In this document: piece after piece, positions 13,264 through 27,018 of the stretch
Layout of the letters: each line of letters opens with the position of its first letter
Numbering within the stretch: position 1 is the first letter of the stretch
Assembly (NCBI GenBank): GCA_030390025.1
Contig: CM059432.1
Location: forward strand, 153,204,001-153,268,000
Direction: 5' to 3'
Source of the DNA: Squalus acanthias
Taxonomy: Eukaryota
Length of the DNA: 64,000 nt
Notes under the pieces: generated by a model
What the model was told of the DNA's origin: nothing
What the model saw: only the letters and a program-made list of their open reading frames with translations
Database searches by the model: none
Made by a program: the position numbers and the translations under genes

Positions 13264-13589
13264 AAGACTCTCGACATCACTCTTATGAAGGGTAATTGAC
13301 TTCTTTTGTACATGTATGTTAAATACACGGAACTTTTATTTTTAGTGAATTTTTTGTACTTCCTATTACTATTTAATAATTGCAAATAAAGATTTGATGA
13401 GCTTTATTTTGTAAAACTCTGGTATGTGTGGTAATAGTCAGCATTTTGAAGAATGATAGGTAGCAATGCACAGTGCAAGGCTACGTAAAAATAACTGAGC
13501 AGATTACTGTAACTGGGGTAGTTGTTGAACTTCAGGTAAAACAACTTGCATTTATATATCATTACTCACATAAAAGAACATTGCAGAGC

Positions 13590-15850
13590 AACAATAACAG
13601 CAACTTGCATTTATATAGCGCCTTTAATGTAGTAAAACATCCCAAGGTGCTTCACGGGAGCATTATCAAAACAAAATTTGACACTGAGCCACATAAGAGG
13701 ATATTAGGGCAGATGGTCTTGGAGGTAGGTTTAAGGAGCGTCTTAAAGGAGGAAAGAGAGGTAGAGAGGCAGAGAGGTTTAGGAAGGGAATTCCAGAGCA
13801 TAGGACCTCAACAGGTGAAGGCACAGCTGCCAATGGTGGAGCAATTACAATCGGGGATGCACAAGAGGCCAGAATTGCAGGAGCGCAGAGATCTCGGAGG
13901 GTTGTAGGAGGTTACAGTGATAGGGAGGGCATGGAGGGATTTAAAAACAAGGATGTGAATTTTAAAATCGAAGCGTTGCTTAACTGGGAGCCAATGTAGG
14001 TCAGCGAGCACAGGGGTGTTGGGTGAATGGGACTTGGTGCGAGTTAGATGACAGGCATCGGAGTCTTGAATGAGCTTCAGTTTATGGAGGGTGGAAGGTG
14101 GGAATGCCAGGAGAGCATTGAAATAGTCAAGTCTAGAGGTAGCAAAGGTAATGAGGGTTTCAGCAGCAAATGAGCTGAGGCAGAGGCGGAGTCAGGCGAT
14201 GTTACAGAGGTGGAAATAGGCGATCTTAGTGATGGCGCGGATATGTGGTTGGAAGCTCACCTCGGGGTCAAGTACGACAAGGTCTTGTTTGAGGGTAAAC
14301 AAAAATTTGAATAGGAGGAGTTTGCTATTCAGCCTCAGACATTTGCCATGGAGAAGGATGGAGTCGGCGGCTAGGGAACGGAGTTTGTGGTGGGGACCAA
14401 AGACAATAAGAACATAAGAACGTAAGAAGTAAGAGCAGGAGTAGGCCACATGGCCCCTCGAGCCTGCTCCGCCATTCAGTAAGATCATGGCTGATCATCG
14501 ACCTCAACTCCATTTTCCCGCCCGATCTCTATATCCCTTGATTCCCCATGAGTCCAAAAATCTATTTATCTCAGCCTTGAATATACTCAAAGACTCAGCA
14601 TTCACAGCCCTTTGGGGCAGTGACTTCCAAAGATTCACAACCCTCTGAGTGAAGAAATTCCTCCTCCTCTCAGTCTTAAATGGCCGACCCCTTATCCTGA
14701 GACTATGCCCCCTAGTTTTAGACACTCCAGCCAGGGGAAACAACCTCTCAGCATCTACCCTGTCAATCCCCCCTCAGAATCTTATATGTTTCAATGAGAT
14801 CACCTCTCATTCTTCTAAACTCCAGAGAGTATCGGCCCATTCTACACAATCTCTCCTCATAGGACAGCCCTCTCATCCCAGGAATCAATCTAGTGAAACT
14901 TCGTTGCACCGCCTCCAAGGCAAGTATATCCTTCCTTAGATAAGGAGACCAAAACTGTGCACAGTTTGGTCTCACCAAGGCCCTGTACAATTATAGCAAG
15001 ACTTCCTTACTCTTATACTCCAACCCCCTTGCAATAAAGGCCAACATGCCATTTGCCTTCCTTATTGCTTGCTGTACCTGCATGCTAGCTTTCTGTGTTT
15101 CTTGCACGAGGACACCCAAATCTCTCTGAACACCAACATTTGAAAGTTTCTCACCATTTAAAAAATATTGTTTTTCTATTCTTCCTCCCAAAGTGAATAA
15201 CCTCACATTTTCCTACATTATACTCCATCTGCCACCTTACAGCCTGCCCACTCACTTAGTCTATCTATATCCCTTTGCAGACTCTGTGTTCTCCTCACAG
15301 CTTACTGTCCCACCTAGCTTTGTATCATCAGCAAACTTGGATACATTACACTCGGTCCCTTCATCTAGGTCATTAATATAGATTGTAAATAACTGAGGCT
15401 CCAACACTGATCCTTGTGGCACCCCACTAGTTACAGCCTGCCAACCTGAAAAAGATCCGTTTATCCCTACTCTCTGTTTTCTGTCCATTAACCAATCCTC
15501 TATCCCTGCTACTATATTACCCCCAACTCCATGAGCCCTAATCTTGTGTAATAACCTTTTATGTGGCACCTTATCGAATGCCTTTTGGAAATCCAAATAT
15601 ACTACATCCACTGGTTCCCCTTTATCTACCTTGCTAGTTACATCCTCAAAAACTCTAATAAATTTGTCAAACATGATTTCCCTTTCATAAAACCATGTTG
15701 ACTCTGCCTAATTATGTTATGATTTTTTAAGTGGCCCGTTACCACTTCCTTAACAATGGCTTCGGTCTTCCCAATATTTAGTTGGAGGAAATTTCTGCTC
15801 ATCCAGTACTTGATGTCAGACAAACAATCTGACGATTTAGAGACAGGCTA
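13590..15850 (-). mobile_element. L2 LINE fragment, interrupted by CR1 at 14408-15752
   Basis: LADLHWLPVKQRFDFKI, HIRAITKIAYFHL, SDIKYWMSRNFLQLNIGKTEAIV; (aac)n tail at ~13590. Confidence 0.9.
14408..15752 (-). mobile_element. CR1 LINE, 5'-truncated (RT to 3' tail), nested in L2
   Basis: [39 protein letters not shown]; tail aagaacat repeats; ACAAT on both flanks. Confidence 0.93.
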
Positions 15851-15858
15851 AATTTAAA

Positions 15859-16441
15859 GGGCTGAACTTGAGCAAGAAGTGATGGAATTGATGGCGGGGG
15901 TGGGGGAGGGCGCGGAGAGAGAGGAAGGTCCCAATATTTACGTGAAGGCTGCGAGGGAAAGGGGGCAACTGTCAGCGGAAATGCGGGAAAGGCGGAGGTG
16001 TTGCCGAATTTAATGGCAGGACCTCATTTTAATTTTTTTACTCAGTTTGCCACACGACATCCAGCCAGATTGAGAGGCTGGCTGGCTGGCGGGCAGGAGA
16101 GCCCCCTGTACAAGGCCACAGCCAGGAACCAGAGAAGAGGGAGGGAGGGCGCGATCGTGGGGGTGAGACATCGTGGGGGGGGGGAGCGGTTGCGGTGGGG
16201 CGGGGGGGTTGGCCGATCGTATCTGTTAAATCCACGTGGCTGCTGAAATCTGAGGCATACAGCCTCATTTAAAGATTATAATTACTGACCGGCCTCTCAG
16301 AGCAGATTACTCGACCAACCCCCAACCCGCCCAGGTTAACTCGCAGGCAGGCGTGTTCATGGCAGCTTGGGGTTGGGTTTCCCTTTTTTAAGAATTTAAC
16401 ACCCACTCCCCCACCTGTCCCGGGGGATTAAAATTCTCCCC
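15859..16441. mobile_element. Harbinger-type MITE
   Basis: Termini GGGCTGAACTT / AAATTCTCCCC; AAA TSD at 15856-15858 and 16442-16444; GC-rich interior. Confidence 0.7.
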
Positions 16442-16499
16442 AAATAATCTGAAAACACATTTCAAGAAATAGATGAGGTCATTTGGAATAGAGTTTAGA

Positions 16500-17080
16500 T
16501 GGCCAGGGTATAAAGGATGAAGGATTAGCCATTGTCTCTAGAATGGGTGGAGGGGCAAGCATCAGTCAAATATAGCGGAATGGAGGGGGCAAGCTGACAT
16601 ATGGCTGGGAAAGATTTTCCAAATAAGGCAGGGTGAGCCTGGAGGGATCTGAAAATGAACATGGGCACCTTGAAATTAACTTGTCTGGGCAAAGGGAGCT
16701 GGATGAAGATGGGGAGGTGATAAGTGTGCTGGACTTTGTGGGAGAGAGAACTCAAGACTGTGGCGTCCTGTATTAGCTGAAGTTTGTGAAGGGTGCAGAC
16801 AGGCAAACTGATGAGGGAAGTATTTGAGGGCTTGATCCTGGAGCTGGTGAAGCTGAGGTCAGGAGGTGTCAGCAGCGAACGGGGTGAGGTAGAGGTGTAA
16901 TTCGGAACTACTGTGGTAACAGAGCAAGTATGTGGCAGGTAACTCAGCTCTGATTCAAAGAAAACACCAATGAACTCAGCCTCAGAGCAGCTAGGGAAGG
17001 TGATGGAGTTCGCTCCAGGCCAGAGCTGAAAATAATGGTGTCACACTTTGCCAGCACTGAGTCCAGGCAGTTAAATAATT
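16500..17080 (-). mobile_element. Old L2 LINE fragment
   Basis: TLHKLQLIQDA...VNFKVPMFIFRSL in ORF 16525..16806. Confidence 0.6.
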
Positions 17081-18304
17081 GTGCACCTCTGTAAGAAGAG
17101 AACATTGGAAAGGCACAGTTCCAGGACTGTAAAGAACTAAGTACATTTACAGGAAACTATTTGGAGAAAAAAGAGCTGAGGTTGTAACACTTCTTCACTC
17201 CTGCATTCAACTCTAAAACTTCACAAGCTTATTAAACAAGCTGGACCTACACTTGTCCAGTGACACTATTTGAGTGCTGTGTTTACATGAAAATGTGTCT
17301 TTATTAAGATGCAAGTTATTCAACCTTTATTGTAGACCCAATCATGCATAAAGACCAGAACTTTCAGACCTCACTAAAAATAAGACTGTGATGATTGTGG
17401 TATTTACATAGACCCAAATAGGAAGCTGTGGAGCTTGAAATAGTCTGTAAACCAATTAGTAAACACAGTGGAGGAATTGTGATGGGAAACAAGCAAAAGC
17501 AGAGTTTAGTTTAATTAAAATTCCAGTTAATTCACTATCAGTCAATTCTCCTGCATGACTGATGAATTACAACACTGCATCATGTTTTTTTTCAGTCAGC
17601 AGACTATTCTGTAGCGCGTAATATTGCTATTAAAGGGGCACTACCCTCTCAGAACAGTGTTTGACAAGCTTGTTTCTTGTTTGAGGAGTGGTCGAGTGTT
17701 ATTTTCACCACAAGGGTGTCACAGGCGAGTGATGTGACAATGTGATTTGGCGTGTTTGTGGACAAATGGACAAAGGTTTGCTGAAGACTTTTTCTTGATG
17801 ATGCTGCCCCTTTAAAGTGAAAAAAAGACAAGGCATCAATTAAAGATCTTCACTTCCTCAAACCCGCTGTCCTGCCAAGTTTGAGCCTTTAATTGCAGAA
17901 ATGGTAACACGCTGACCCTACCACCAACAAGATAGAAAAATAAACATATTCTTTAGTACTTTAGAAAAGCTTACCATTTTTTAAAAAGAACTAATAAACA
18001 AGGGTGGAATGCCCTAGAATTACTGCCTGGTTAAACACTCCACTAGGTCAGGGAGTTCCAGCTGTCCATTTCTAGCCAGCAGCTGCTAAACCCTCTGTGA
18101 ATTGTAGTGCATATAACAGAGGCAGATCGGATGTGTTGCTACCACATCTGTCCCCAGACCACTGCTGGACTGCCACAGAGACCTATGAGATCAGCCACTT
18201 GAAGCAAAGATAAAGCATCAAACCACAAAGAATGTTTTTTAATACACTCGATATAATCATACAGCTTCTTAAAGTTTGCCATCACTATAAGAAAGGGAAG
18301 ACAT

Positions 18305-18950
18305 CCCCTCAAGTCACACACTAGCCTGACTTGGATGTATATCGCCGTTTCTTTATCGTCACTTGCTCGATATCCTGGAATTCACTGCCTGACACCATTG
18401 TAGGAGCACCATCAGCACAAGGACTGCAGCGGTTCAAGATGTCCCACCACCACAATATCAGCTGTGGCTCAGTGGTAGCACTCTCACCACTGAATTAGAA
18501 GGTTGTGGGTTCATAGTCCCACTCCAGAGATTTGAGCACATAATCCAGTCTGACACTTCAGTGCTGCACTGTCGGAGGTGCTGCCTTCAGATGAGACGTT
18601 AAACCGAGGCCCCGCCTGCCTTCTCAGGTGGATGTAAACGATCCCACGGCACTATTTTGAAGAAGAGAAGAGGAATTCTCCCTCGTGTCCTGGCCAACAT
18701 TTATCCCTCAACCAACATTCACTAAAACAGAATGTCTGGTCATTTATTTCATTGCTGTTTGTGGGAGCTTGCTGTGTTCTAATTGGCTGTTGTGTTTCCT
18801 GCATTGCAACAGTGACTACACTTCAAAAGTATTTAATTGGTTGTAAAGCGCTTTGGACATTTTGAGGTTGTGAATGCCGTTATATAAATACAAGTTCATT
18901 CTTTTTCAGGGCAACTAAGGATGGGCAATAAATGCGATATCCCAAGAAAA
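18305..18950 (+). mobile_element. 3' end of a CR1/L2-group LINE, split by the SINE at 18458
   Basis: tcctggaattcactgcctgacaccattgt...ggactgcagcggttcaag...cagggcaactaaggatgggcaataaatgc; a homologous copy is at 21905-22120. Confidence 0.65.
18458..18900 (+). mobile_element. Full-length Deu-domain tRNA SINE (SacSINE1-like)
   Basis: tcagctgtggctcagtggtagcactctc...ggttcatagtccc...gtgctgcactgtcggaggtg...gagacgttaaaccgaggcccc...tatataaatacaag. Confidence 0.85.
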
Positions 18951-19052
18951 AACTTTTAGGTAAAGAAGAGTCCAGTTAAAATACGCTGCGATCGAGACTC
19001 CATCCTGAAGTATTAGAAAAATATACTGGGTATGTAACTTTTAAAAATTATT

Positions 19053-20692
19053 GGCCTAGAAATTCGATTAAGTCTGAAAACAGGCGGTGCCAGCGCGGGC
19101 CAAGGTTAACGGCAGCCCGTCAATAGAGCGCAGGCAGCGCCAGTAATTTCGTGCTACCTGCTGATTTAAATGAGCGGAGCGCAGAATCCCCCGTGCAACG
19201 CGCACTTTCCGGCGCTAACATCAGCAGGAGGCCGAAGGTCATGTCTAAAGAATTGGTGCAGCGTTCTCGGGCAGTCCCCTATTAACAGTGAAAGACTGTG
19301 GCATAATGTCGTTAAACTGTTGCATGAGAAATCAACTGAAATACATTTTAAAATAGGAAACAATAACCTCTTGTCCACGAGTTTACTGGTGTAAATTGTG
19401 CAGAAGAGAGTTCAATTCAATTTTTAACAACAGCAGACTTTTGAAGAACTCTTGGTGAGAATATGGTGTTAAATTTTCCTTAATTCTTGGGGCCAGAAAT
19501 TGAGCACCTTAGAGCCTCCTGTTATCGCCTCTGGGGGGCGATAACGGGGCACTAATCACTTACCGACCGGGCGTGGCGAGAAGATCGACTCCCGCTATAT
19601 TCGGCGGGCGGTTTGCGGCGGCGGTATGGCGTTGCACCCTGATCTCCTTCGCCCGGAGATCGTGACGTCATCGGCGTGCACATCGCCCTGGACCCGAACT
19701 TCGGTTCCGACCCGTGCTGCAACAACACCGGCAGCTGCAGCTGCGTTGATCGGGAGGCCGGGCGATTCCGGGACGATACTTAAAGGCGAGGTGGCCGAGG
19801 TAAGTGAAAAAAATTGTGAAATGCTGTTTCTGTTTTTTTTCATTTTTCTTCACCAGCGATCGATCAGCAGTGCCACGGGCTGATCGGGCCGGATGGCGGC
19901 TGCCGTTGGGGACCAGGTAAGTTTTGCTCTTGCAGAGCCTGCAGCGATGGCCCTTCTCTTTAAGGGAGGGAAGGAGCCTTCCAACGCGGCAGCGCAGCAC
20001 GGCCCAGTGTGCAGCTGCACACCTACCGCCCCTCCGGCTGCCTGTTGTGCTCCAGGAAGGAAGTGGAGTGCTTGAATTAACGCCTCACTTCCTTCCTGGA
20101 CGCAAAACCGAATTTTTTTAAATTGTAAAACATTAGCGCCTGGTGCTAACTTTTTCAACTTTTAAAAGTTAGCGCCCCAAACAGGGCGATATCGAATTTC
20201 TCCCCCAGGGTCTTTTAAAAACAGACTTCAAAACTTTGCATATTATATCAGTTCCTAAACTAGGAAACCCAAGTTATAAAATTTAAGGAAATGCAGCTTT
20301 GATTTCTTTCTGAGATTACATAGTCTGAGCTCTCCATAGTTCCCAGTAATCTCAGCAGCTATTTACTGTACGGTTTATAGCTCAGCGCCGCTTTCTCCCG
20401 GTTCTCCGTGCTGTCAACGGCTGCACGCACGGGTGTGCTTTGGAGCGGGCGGTAAGAGGAGCGACGGCGTCCAAAATCGATGAGCGTGCGTTAGTTCGGC
20501 GTTGCACGCCCATTGATGTCACGCTCCTGGTAATTAAAATACTTGCGGCGAGCGCAGGCAATGGCAGCACTGCCGGCCTGACCAATACGGCTGCCGCGTT
20601 CCGCACTGGCAGTGGGTGGAAGTGAAGCGGCCGCCATTTTTTCTTCGAAACCAACCTTATTGGCTGGCACTAAAGGTTCGAATTTCTAGGCC
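19053..20692. mobile_element. Harbinger-type non-autonomous element containing a nested MITE
   Basis: Perfect 14-bp TIR GGCCTAGAAATTCG; ATT TSD at 19050-19052 and 20693-20695. Confidence 0.88.
19490..20206. mobile_element. Nested Harbinger-type MITE
   Basis: Termini GGGCCAGAAATT / AATTTCTCCCCC; subterminal tagcgcc/ggcgat motifs as in the 42273 and 48483 family. The flanking trinucleotides (TTG, AGG) do not match. Confidence 0.72.
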
Positions 20693-20776
20693 ATTATTCC
20701 CTACTAAACATTTTTTCTCCCAAAACTACGATGCAGTGGCTGGTGTCCAGGGAGGTCATCGTCTTCACAATATTTT

Positions 20777-21397
20777 GGGGTAGAAATTAGTATGTGTGTT
20801 TCACCTGTTTTTCGGACATAAAATGGGCCCAACTCTGAAAATTTTAGCAGTGGGTTGGCTCACGCTCAAACTGCGCATGTTTTCGAGCCACTGCTAAATT
20901 TGCTGGGTCCATTATTCAGGCAGCCGCCCAGGCGTTAGGCCTCCCACATGTGTTAATTAGGGTTAATGGCCTCACGCCCGTTTAAGAACCCCTCTGGGAA
21001 ATTTATTTCCAACGAGCAGAGCCGATGCCGGGCCTGCTCCGCTCAGGATTCTTCAGCGGCCACCAACAAAAGGTATGATTGAATTTTTTTAAAGATTTAG
21101 GAAAGCTTTCCTGCGGAGCAAGGAGGAGCAGGAGTGCCCCCCGAATCCAGTCCTTGCGACCCCCCCCCCCCCACACACTGCAAACTAGCTCCCAGGACTT
21201 GCCTCACTGATAGCGACCCGACTTTCATCCCCTTCAAATGATTGAGCTGCCTGTGGAGGCGCGATCGGCCACGGCAACGTGTGCAGAAAATGTTCATGAG
21301 GTCCGAGCACCAAGTTTGGGCCGGACTCAGGCCTCCCAGTTGAAGGGCACTCTGCCCGTGCTGGGCCTGAAAATGGGCCCGGACTCATTTCAACCCC
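20777..21397. mobile_element. Harbinger-type MITE
   Basis: Termini GGGGTAGAAAT / ATTTCAACCCC; TTT TSD at 20774-20776 and 21398-21400. Confidence 0.8.
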
Positions 21398-21424
21398 TTT
21401 GAATGCTGAATGTGGAAACGTAAT

Positions 21425-21645
21425 ACATAGATACATAGATACATAGAAGATAGGAGCAGGAGTAGGCCATCCGGCCCTTCGAGCCTTCTCCGCCATTTAA
21501 TGAGATCATGGCTGATCCTCCAATTCAGTATCCCGTCCCCGCCTTCTCTCCGTAACCCTTAACCCCTTTTGCCTGTAGAAATATATCTAATTCCCTCTTA
21601 AATATATTTAATGAGCTGGCGTACACTGCCCTCTGTGGCACTAAT
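21425..21645 (-). mobile_element. CR1 LINE 3' end
   Basis: SLNIFKRELDIFLQAKGVKGYGEKAGTGY; tail (tacataga)n. Confidence 0.88.
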
Positions 21646-21904
21646 TCTCTGTTATCTCCTGTTATTCCAGGAGGATTGGGAGGGTTGCTAGGAGCCAAAG
21701 GTGATTGACAAACATCATGGGTCCACTTCTTCCTTGGAACTGATGTAAAATTGGCAGCCAAGACAGAAAGTGTAGTGATTTAAAAAAACAAATTCCTAAA
21801 GGACACCCACTCGGTCAGTTGGTGAAAATACTACCCACAGTGGAGCCGCTGCATATAAATCAGGATGGTCCCAGATTCAATCCCTTCAGCACCATCACCT
21901 ACAA

Positions 21905-22120
21905 GTTCCCCTCCAAGTCATACACCATCTGACTCTGCATGTAGCGGAGTTCCTTCATTGTCGCTGGGTCAAGATCCTGGAACTCCTTACCCACCAGTAT
22001 TGTGGGAGCATCACCGCACAGACTGCAGCGGGTCAAGGAGAAAGCCCCTCATCACCTTCTCAGGGAAACTAAGGATGTACAATAAATGGCAGCCTTGCCA
22101 GTGTCGCCCACATCCTGAGA
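21905..22120 (+). mobile_element. LINE 3' end (same family as 18305), nested in a SINE-like repeat (~21810-22270)
   Basis: Homology to 18305-18950; the flanks (gctgatctc, actcctgatca) match the repeat at 23565-23910. Confidence 0.55.
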
Positions 22121-22444
22121 AGAAATTAAAAGAAAAGTTAGCTGATCTCTAGGGAGCAGTACAACTGACCTCGGCAACCCTGGTTTAGGATGAAGAAAAT
22201 CAGCGCGGGTTCTCACTCCTGATCACTTGTCAGTGATCCTTGCTGAAAGTGTGTGTACGTGTCAGGTGATGGGGCTCCCACCTTGAGCTGGAGAAAGTTG
22301 ATGAAAAACAAAAGATAAATTTCTTAAAAATTCCTTTAAGAATTCTATGGGCCTTGTGTCTAGTTCGAAAATGCAGAACTTGTACCACCGCAAACCCCTT
22401 TAAATTGTGAGAGAAATCATCACCTAACTGACAATGGTTAATAG

Positions 22445-22950
22445 AACAACAACAACTTGCATTTATATAGAGCTTTTAACGTAGTAAAACGTCCCAAGGT
22501 GCTTCACAGGAGTATTTTAAGACAAAAAATTTGACACTGAGCCACATAAGGAGAAATTAGGACAGATGGCCAAAAGCTTAGTCAAAGAGGTAGGTTTTAA
22601 GGAGCGTCTTAAAGGAGGAAAGAGAGGTAGCGAGGCAGAGAGGTTTAGGCAGGGAATTCCAGAGCTTAGGGCCCAGGCAACAGAAGGCACGGCCACCAAA
22701 GGTTGAGCGATTATAATCAGGGATGCTCAAGAGGGCAGAATTAGAGGAGCGCAGATATCTCGGAGGGGTTGTGGGGCTGAAGGAGATTACAGAGATAGGG
22801 AGGGGCGAGGCCATGGAGGGATTTGAAAACAAGGATGAGAATTTTAAAATCGAGGCGTTGCTTAACTAGGATCCAATGTAGGTCAGCAGGCACAGGGGTG
22901 ATGGTTGAACAGGACTTGGTGCAAGTTAGTACACGGGCAGCCGAGTTTAC
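22445..22950 (-). mobile_element. L2 LINE 3' end
   Basis: ADLHWILVKQRLDFKILILVFKSLHGLAPPYL...PKLWNSLP...FKTLLKTYLF; (aac)n tail. Confidence 0.92.
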
Positions 22951-22951
22951 G

Positions 22952-23110
22952 GAACATAAGAACATAAGAATTAGGAGCAGGAGTAGACCATACGGCCCCT
23001 CGAGCCTGCTCCGCCATTCAATAAGATCATGGCCGATCATCGACCTCAACTCCACTTTCCCGCCCGATCTCCATATCCCTTGATTCCCCTAGAGTCTAAA
23101 AATCTATCTA
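22952..23110 (-). mobile_element. CR1 3' tail
   Basis: aacataagaacataagaattaggagcaggagtag...atatcccttgattcccc. Confidence 0.85.
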
Positions 23111-23564
23111 GGGGAGGGTTTGATGGGCTGACTGCTTTACATATCCATTCTGAGTATTCTTATGTTCTTAAGTAATTACCTACTACTTTGGCCTAATGTT
23201 CATCATTTCAAAATGATCCCCTTTTACTTTTTTCCAATACTGTACTAAATTCTGTCCAATACATTAAATTAATATGGGCACGGTGCATAAAAGTTACCAT
23301 TAGTCCCTGTATCACACAGGAGCAATACGGTGCTGGTACAGGATAAGGCTGGTATTCATACACTTTTATGATTGTGTGTGATGTGATACAAATGTACACT
23401 GATTGCTTCCTCGCCAACACAGCTTTTCCTCACTCCATTCACTTAATATACAATATTTGCGTTAGACACTGAAAAGCTCAAGCCCCCAACGAATGCAAAC
23501 AGAACACTTCAATGTCCCACACATAAATAAAAACTGTCGAAATGCAGCAGAAACAAGGACAATT

Positions 23565-23910
23565 CTGGGCTCCACTGATGGATTGGTGAGTTTAGGCTGT
23601 AAACACCTGAGCCTGAATATCCCAGGTTCACTCTCTGGTCCGTGCTGAGATAGCTGATCTCAGCCAGGTAGGAGTGTTACAGATGCCTACAGTGTCTTTG
23701 GGTTTGAGAGTGGAAGGACAGGTTTCCCACTCCTGATCATTGTCTACCAGCCCCTGCTGGGAATGCGCGTGTGTAGACAGTGGGTGAAAACAGAAATGGG
23801 CTTGGTTGCGATGCCCCAATGTGGTTCTATCCTCACCCAATATCCACATAGTGAACAGCCAGACAAGGCTCACACAAAAGGATGTCTGTGGAATTGCACC
23901 ATAGCAAGGA
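23565..23910 (+). mobile_element. Unassigned SINE-like repeat
   Basis: cccaggttca...gctgatctcagccagg...ggtttcccactcctgatca...cccctgctgg; a related copy is at ~21810-22270. Confidence 0.45.
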
Positions 23911-25164
23911 GTTAATGCTATCTGGTGAATGGAATTCTACAATGTGTAGAATCTTACAATGTATGGAATTCTACAAATTCCTTGAAAGATATTTTCAAAA
24001 ATTGTGTTGTGTTAGATTAATCAGGTATGCTCTGCACATTAAGTTTATAAGGAAAAACAAATATGAATTTTAAGCCAGGCAGAGTGAGGAGTTTTAAGGA
24101 TGAATGAAATGAACAAGAGACCAATTACAGATTCCCTCAAACTGATGTTCATCAAGGACATCCATATCCTACAACTCCCATTACACCTCAGTTGGAAAGC
24201 TGTTGCTCACTATCTCTGCTCACAATGTGAAGCAAATCCATTTGAGCAGCAAAACAAAGGTTTGCAAACAACAGTGGAGTGAACCTGCCATGAATTAGTG
24301 CCTTCAGGTCGGGGAAAAGAAAGAACATTAGAAAAAAAGGTCACAACCAATGTTTGCGTTGATCCATTTTAGGATACACATGCATCTTTCTGTGAAGGTG
24401 ACACTGATTTTAAATTATGTTCTTCCTTTTCTCCACCTTGGTCTCACCACATCATGGCCTGTCCACAACTAAGAGGGTAGTAGACAGGTAGGCAACCTGT
24501 CAATGAAACCGGTCATTACAGGATGCCTGACTATAGGTTGGGGTGACTAGCTACCCTCACGGGGATAGCACCTGACTCCATTTTGTACTTTTTCCACGAT
24601 GACACCAATACATCAGAAACTCGCAGTGAGCTTATTATGGGGGTGAACCCTGCGTCGCAACGCTTGCTGCTTCCCGCCATCACACCGCCCCTCATATATA
24701 CATAGTATGTTTTTCCTCTGCTTTTTTGTCATGTCAAGTTAAAACTGATGTAAACTGTTTTTTTATCTTGCGAGTTGACATTATGAAAATTGTCGCAGTT
24801 TTGATACTGCGTGGGAGGAGATGAGTTCAGAACTCTGCGGAAAATCATTGCGCAAGTCAAGTTCTGAAAATGTTACCCATCGTCAAAACTCTGTGACTAC
24901 AACTTGTGGGGGCGGGGGAACCTTCTAGAAATAACACCAGAGTATCTGGGTACAGTTCCTCACCATAGAACAGAGTATGACTTTTCAAAGACCTTTTGAA
25001 AGCACAAGTCTAATACAGATCAACAAATCCTGGTTCATACCATCCAAAGCCATGTAGAAAGTAAAGAGGCAAAATTTACAAACAGCACCTTTAAAATTCA
25101 TTATCTTAATTTTTAAATAGATACTTGTAATGTTTCGCAATACGATGAGATGTTAAACAAAAGC

Positions 25165-25380
25165 CCAGTTTTCCCTCTCAGGTGGACGTAAAAGATCCCA
25201 TGGCACTATTCGAAGAAGAGAAGGGAGTTCTCCCCAGTATCCTGACCAATATTCTTTCTCAACCAAAACCATCAAAAACAGATTAACTGGTCAGTCATCT
25301 CATTTGTTTGTGGGAGTTCACTGTGCACAAATTCACTGCTGCATTTACCTTACATAATAACATTGATTGCTCTTTAGAAG
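25165..25380 (+). mobile_element. Deu-domain SINE, partial
   Basis: ccctctcaggtggacgtaaaagatcccatggcactattcgaagaagag. Confidence 0.8.
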
Positions 25381-27018
25381 TACAGTTCCCTCCACTTACA
25401 CCGTCTGTGCTTATCCCGGACAGCCGCCTATATCGGTCAAATGGCGCTAACCATTTGCCGTTACCATTGGAGTCAATTACAAAGGCACCGCTCAAACTGT
25501 ATTAAACACGGTGACTATTTCAGGCAGTTCAAGTAGCTGTTTCCACCTTGTTAAAATGCAATTACCTTAAGTGATCTATCTGTCATTAAGTCCTTTCATG
25601 ATTTCATCAACTTGCTTCAGTCACCACCGCCCACAGCCCCCACCACCCCCCGCACCCCCCCCACCGCCCCCCAACTCCACCCCGTACATGCTAGAACTCC
25701 TGCAAATGCAAGAGCCCTACAGCAGAGTAGAGTTTTGGGTAAAAATAAGCAGAGTGGGTCAGGAAAGGACAGAGAGAGTAACAAAGGTACTAAGGCATCA
25801 GTGACTAAGGTGACATCAGGGAAAAATAGAAATAAGTCAAAGCTAAAGGCACTATATCTGCGCGAAGCATTCATAACAAAATAGATAAATTAATAGCGCA
25901 GATAGAAATTAATAGGTTTGATCTAATAGCCATTACGGAGATGTGGTTGCAAAGTGGCCAAGGTTGGGAACTAAATATTCCAGGATATTTAACTTTTAGA
26001 AGAGATAGGCAAAATGGAAAAGGAGGAGGGGTAGCCCTGATAATAAAGGATGGGTTAAAGACAGTAGAGAGAAAGGATCTTAGCTCTGAAAATCAAGAAG
26101 TAGAATCAGTTTGGGTGGAGCTAAGAAACAGCAAGGGGCAGAAAACATTGATGGGAGTTGTTTATAGGCCACCAAACAGTAGTTGTAATGTAGGGCAGAG
26201 TATAAATCAGGAAATTAGAGGCGCATGTAACAAGGGCAATACAGTAATCATGGGGAACTTTAATCTACATATAGACTGGGCAAACTAAATTTGCAGTAAT
26301 AGTGTGGAGGACGAATTCATGGAATGTATGCAAGATAGTTTTCTAGATCAGTATGTTGAGGAACCAACTAGGGAACAGGCTATTTTAGATCTAGTGTTGT
26401 GCAACGAGAAAGGGTTAATTAATAACCTTTTAGTAAAGGGGCCTTTAGGGAAGAGTGACCATAATATGATAGAATTTTATATTGAGTTTGAAAGTGATTT
26501 AGTTAAATCCGAAACGAGGGTCTTAAATCTAAACAAAGCAAACTACGTAGGTATGAGGGGAGAGTTGGCTAAGCTAGATTGGGAAACTACATTAAAAGGT
26601 ATGACAGTAGACAAGCAATGGCTAGCATTTAAAGAATTAATACATAATTTACAACAAATATACATTCCTTTAAGGCGCAAAAACCCCACAGGAAAAGTGG
26701 TCCAACTGTGGCTAACAAGAGAAGTTAAAGATAGTATTAGATCAAAGGAAGAGGCTTATTATGTTGCCAAAAAGAGTAGTAAGCTTGAGGATTGGGAGGA
26801 TTTAAGAATTCAGCAAAGGAGGACCAAGAAATTGATAAAGAAAGGAAAAATAGAATGAGAGTAAACTAGCGAGAGACATAAAAACAGACTGTAAAAGCTT
26901 CTATAGGTATGTAACAAGGAAAAGATTAGTGAAATTAAATGTGGGTCCCTTACAGGCTGAAACAGGAGAAGTTATAATGGGGAATAAGGAAATGGCAGAG
27001 AAATTAAACAAATACTTT

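Noticed and set aside
19500..20650. CpG-island-like promoter
   Set aside because: The GC/CpG-rich sequence is fully contained in TIR-bounded MITEs, and no first exon is evident.
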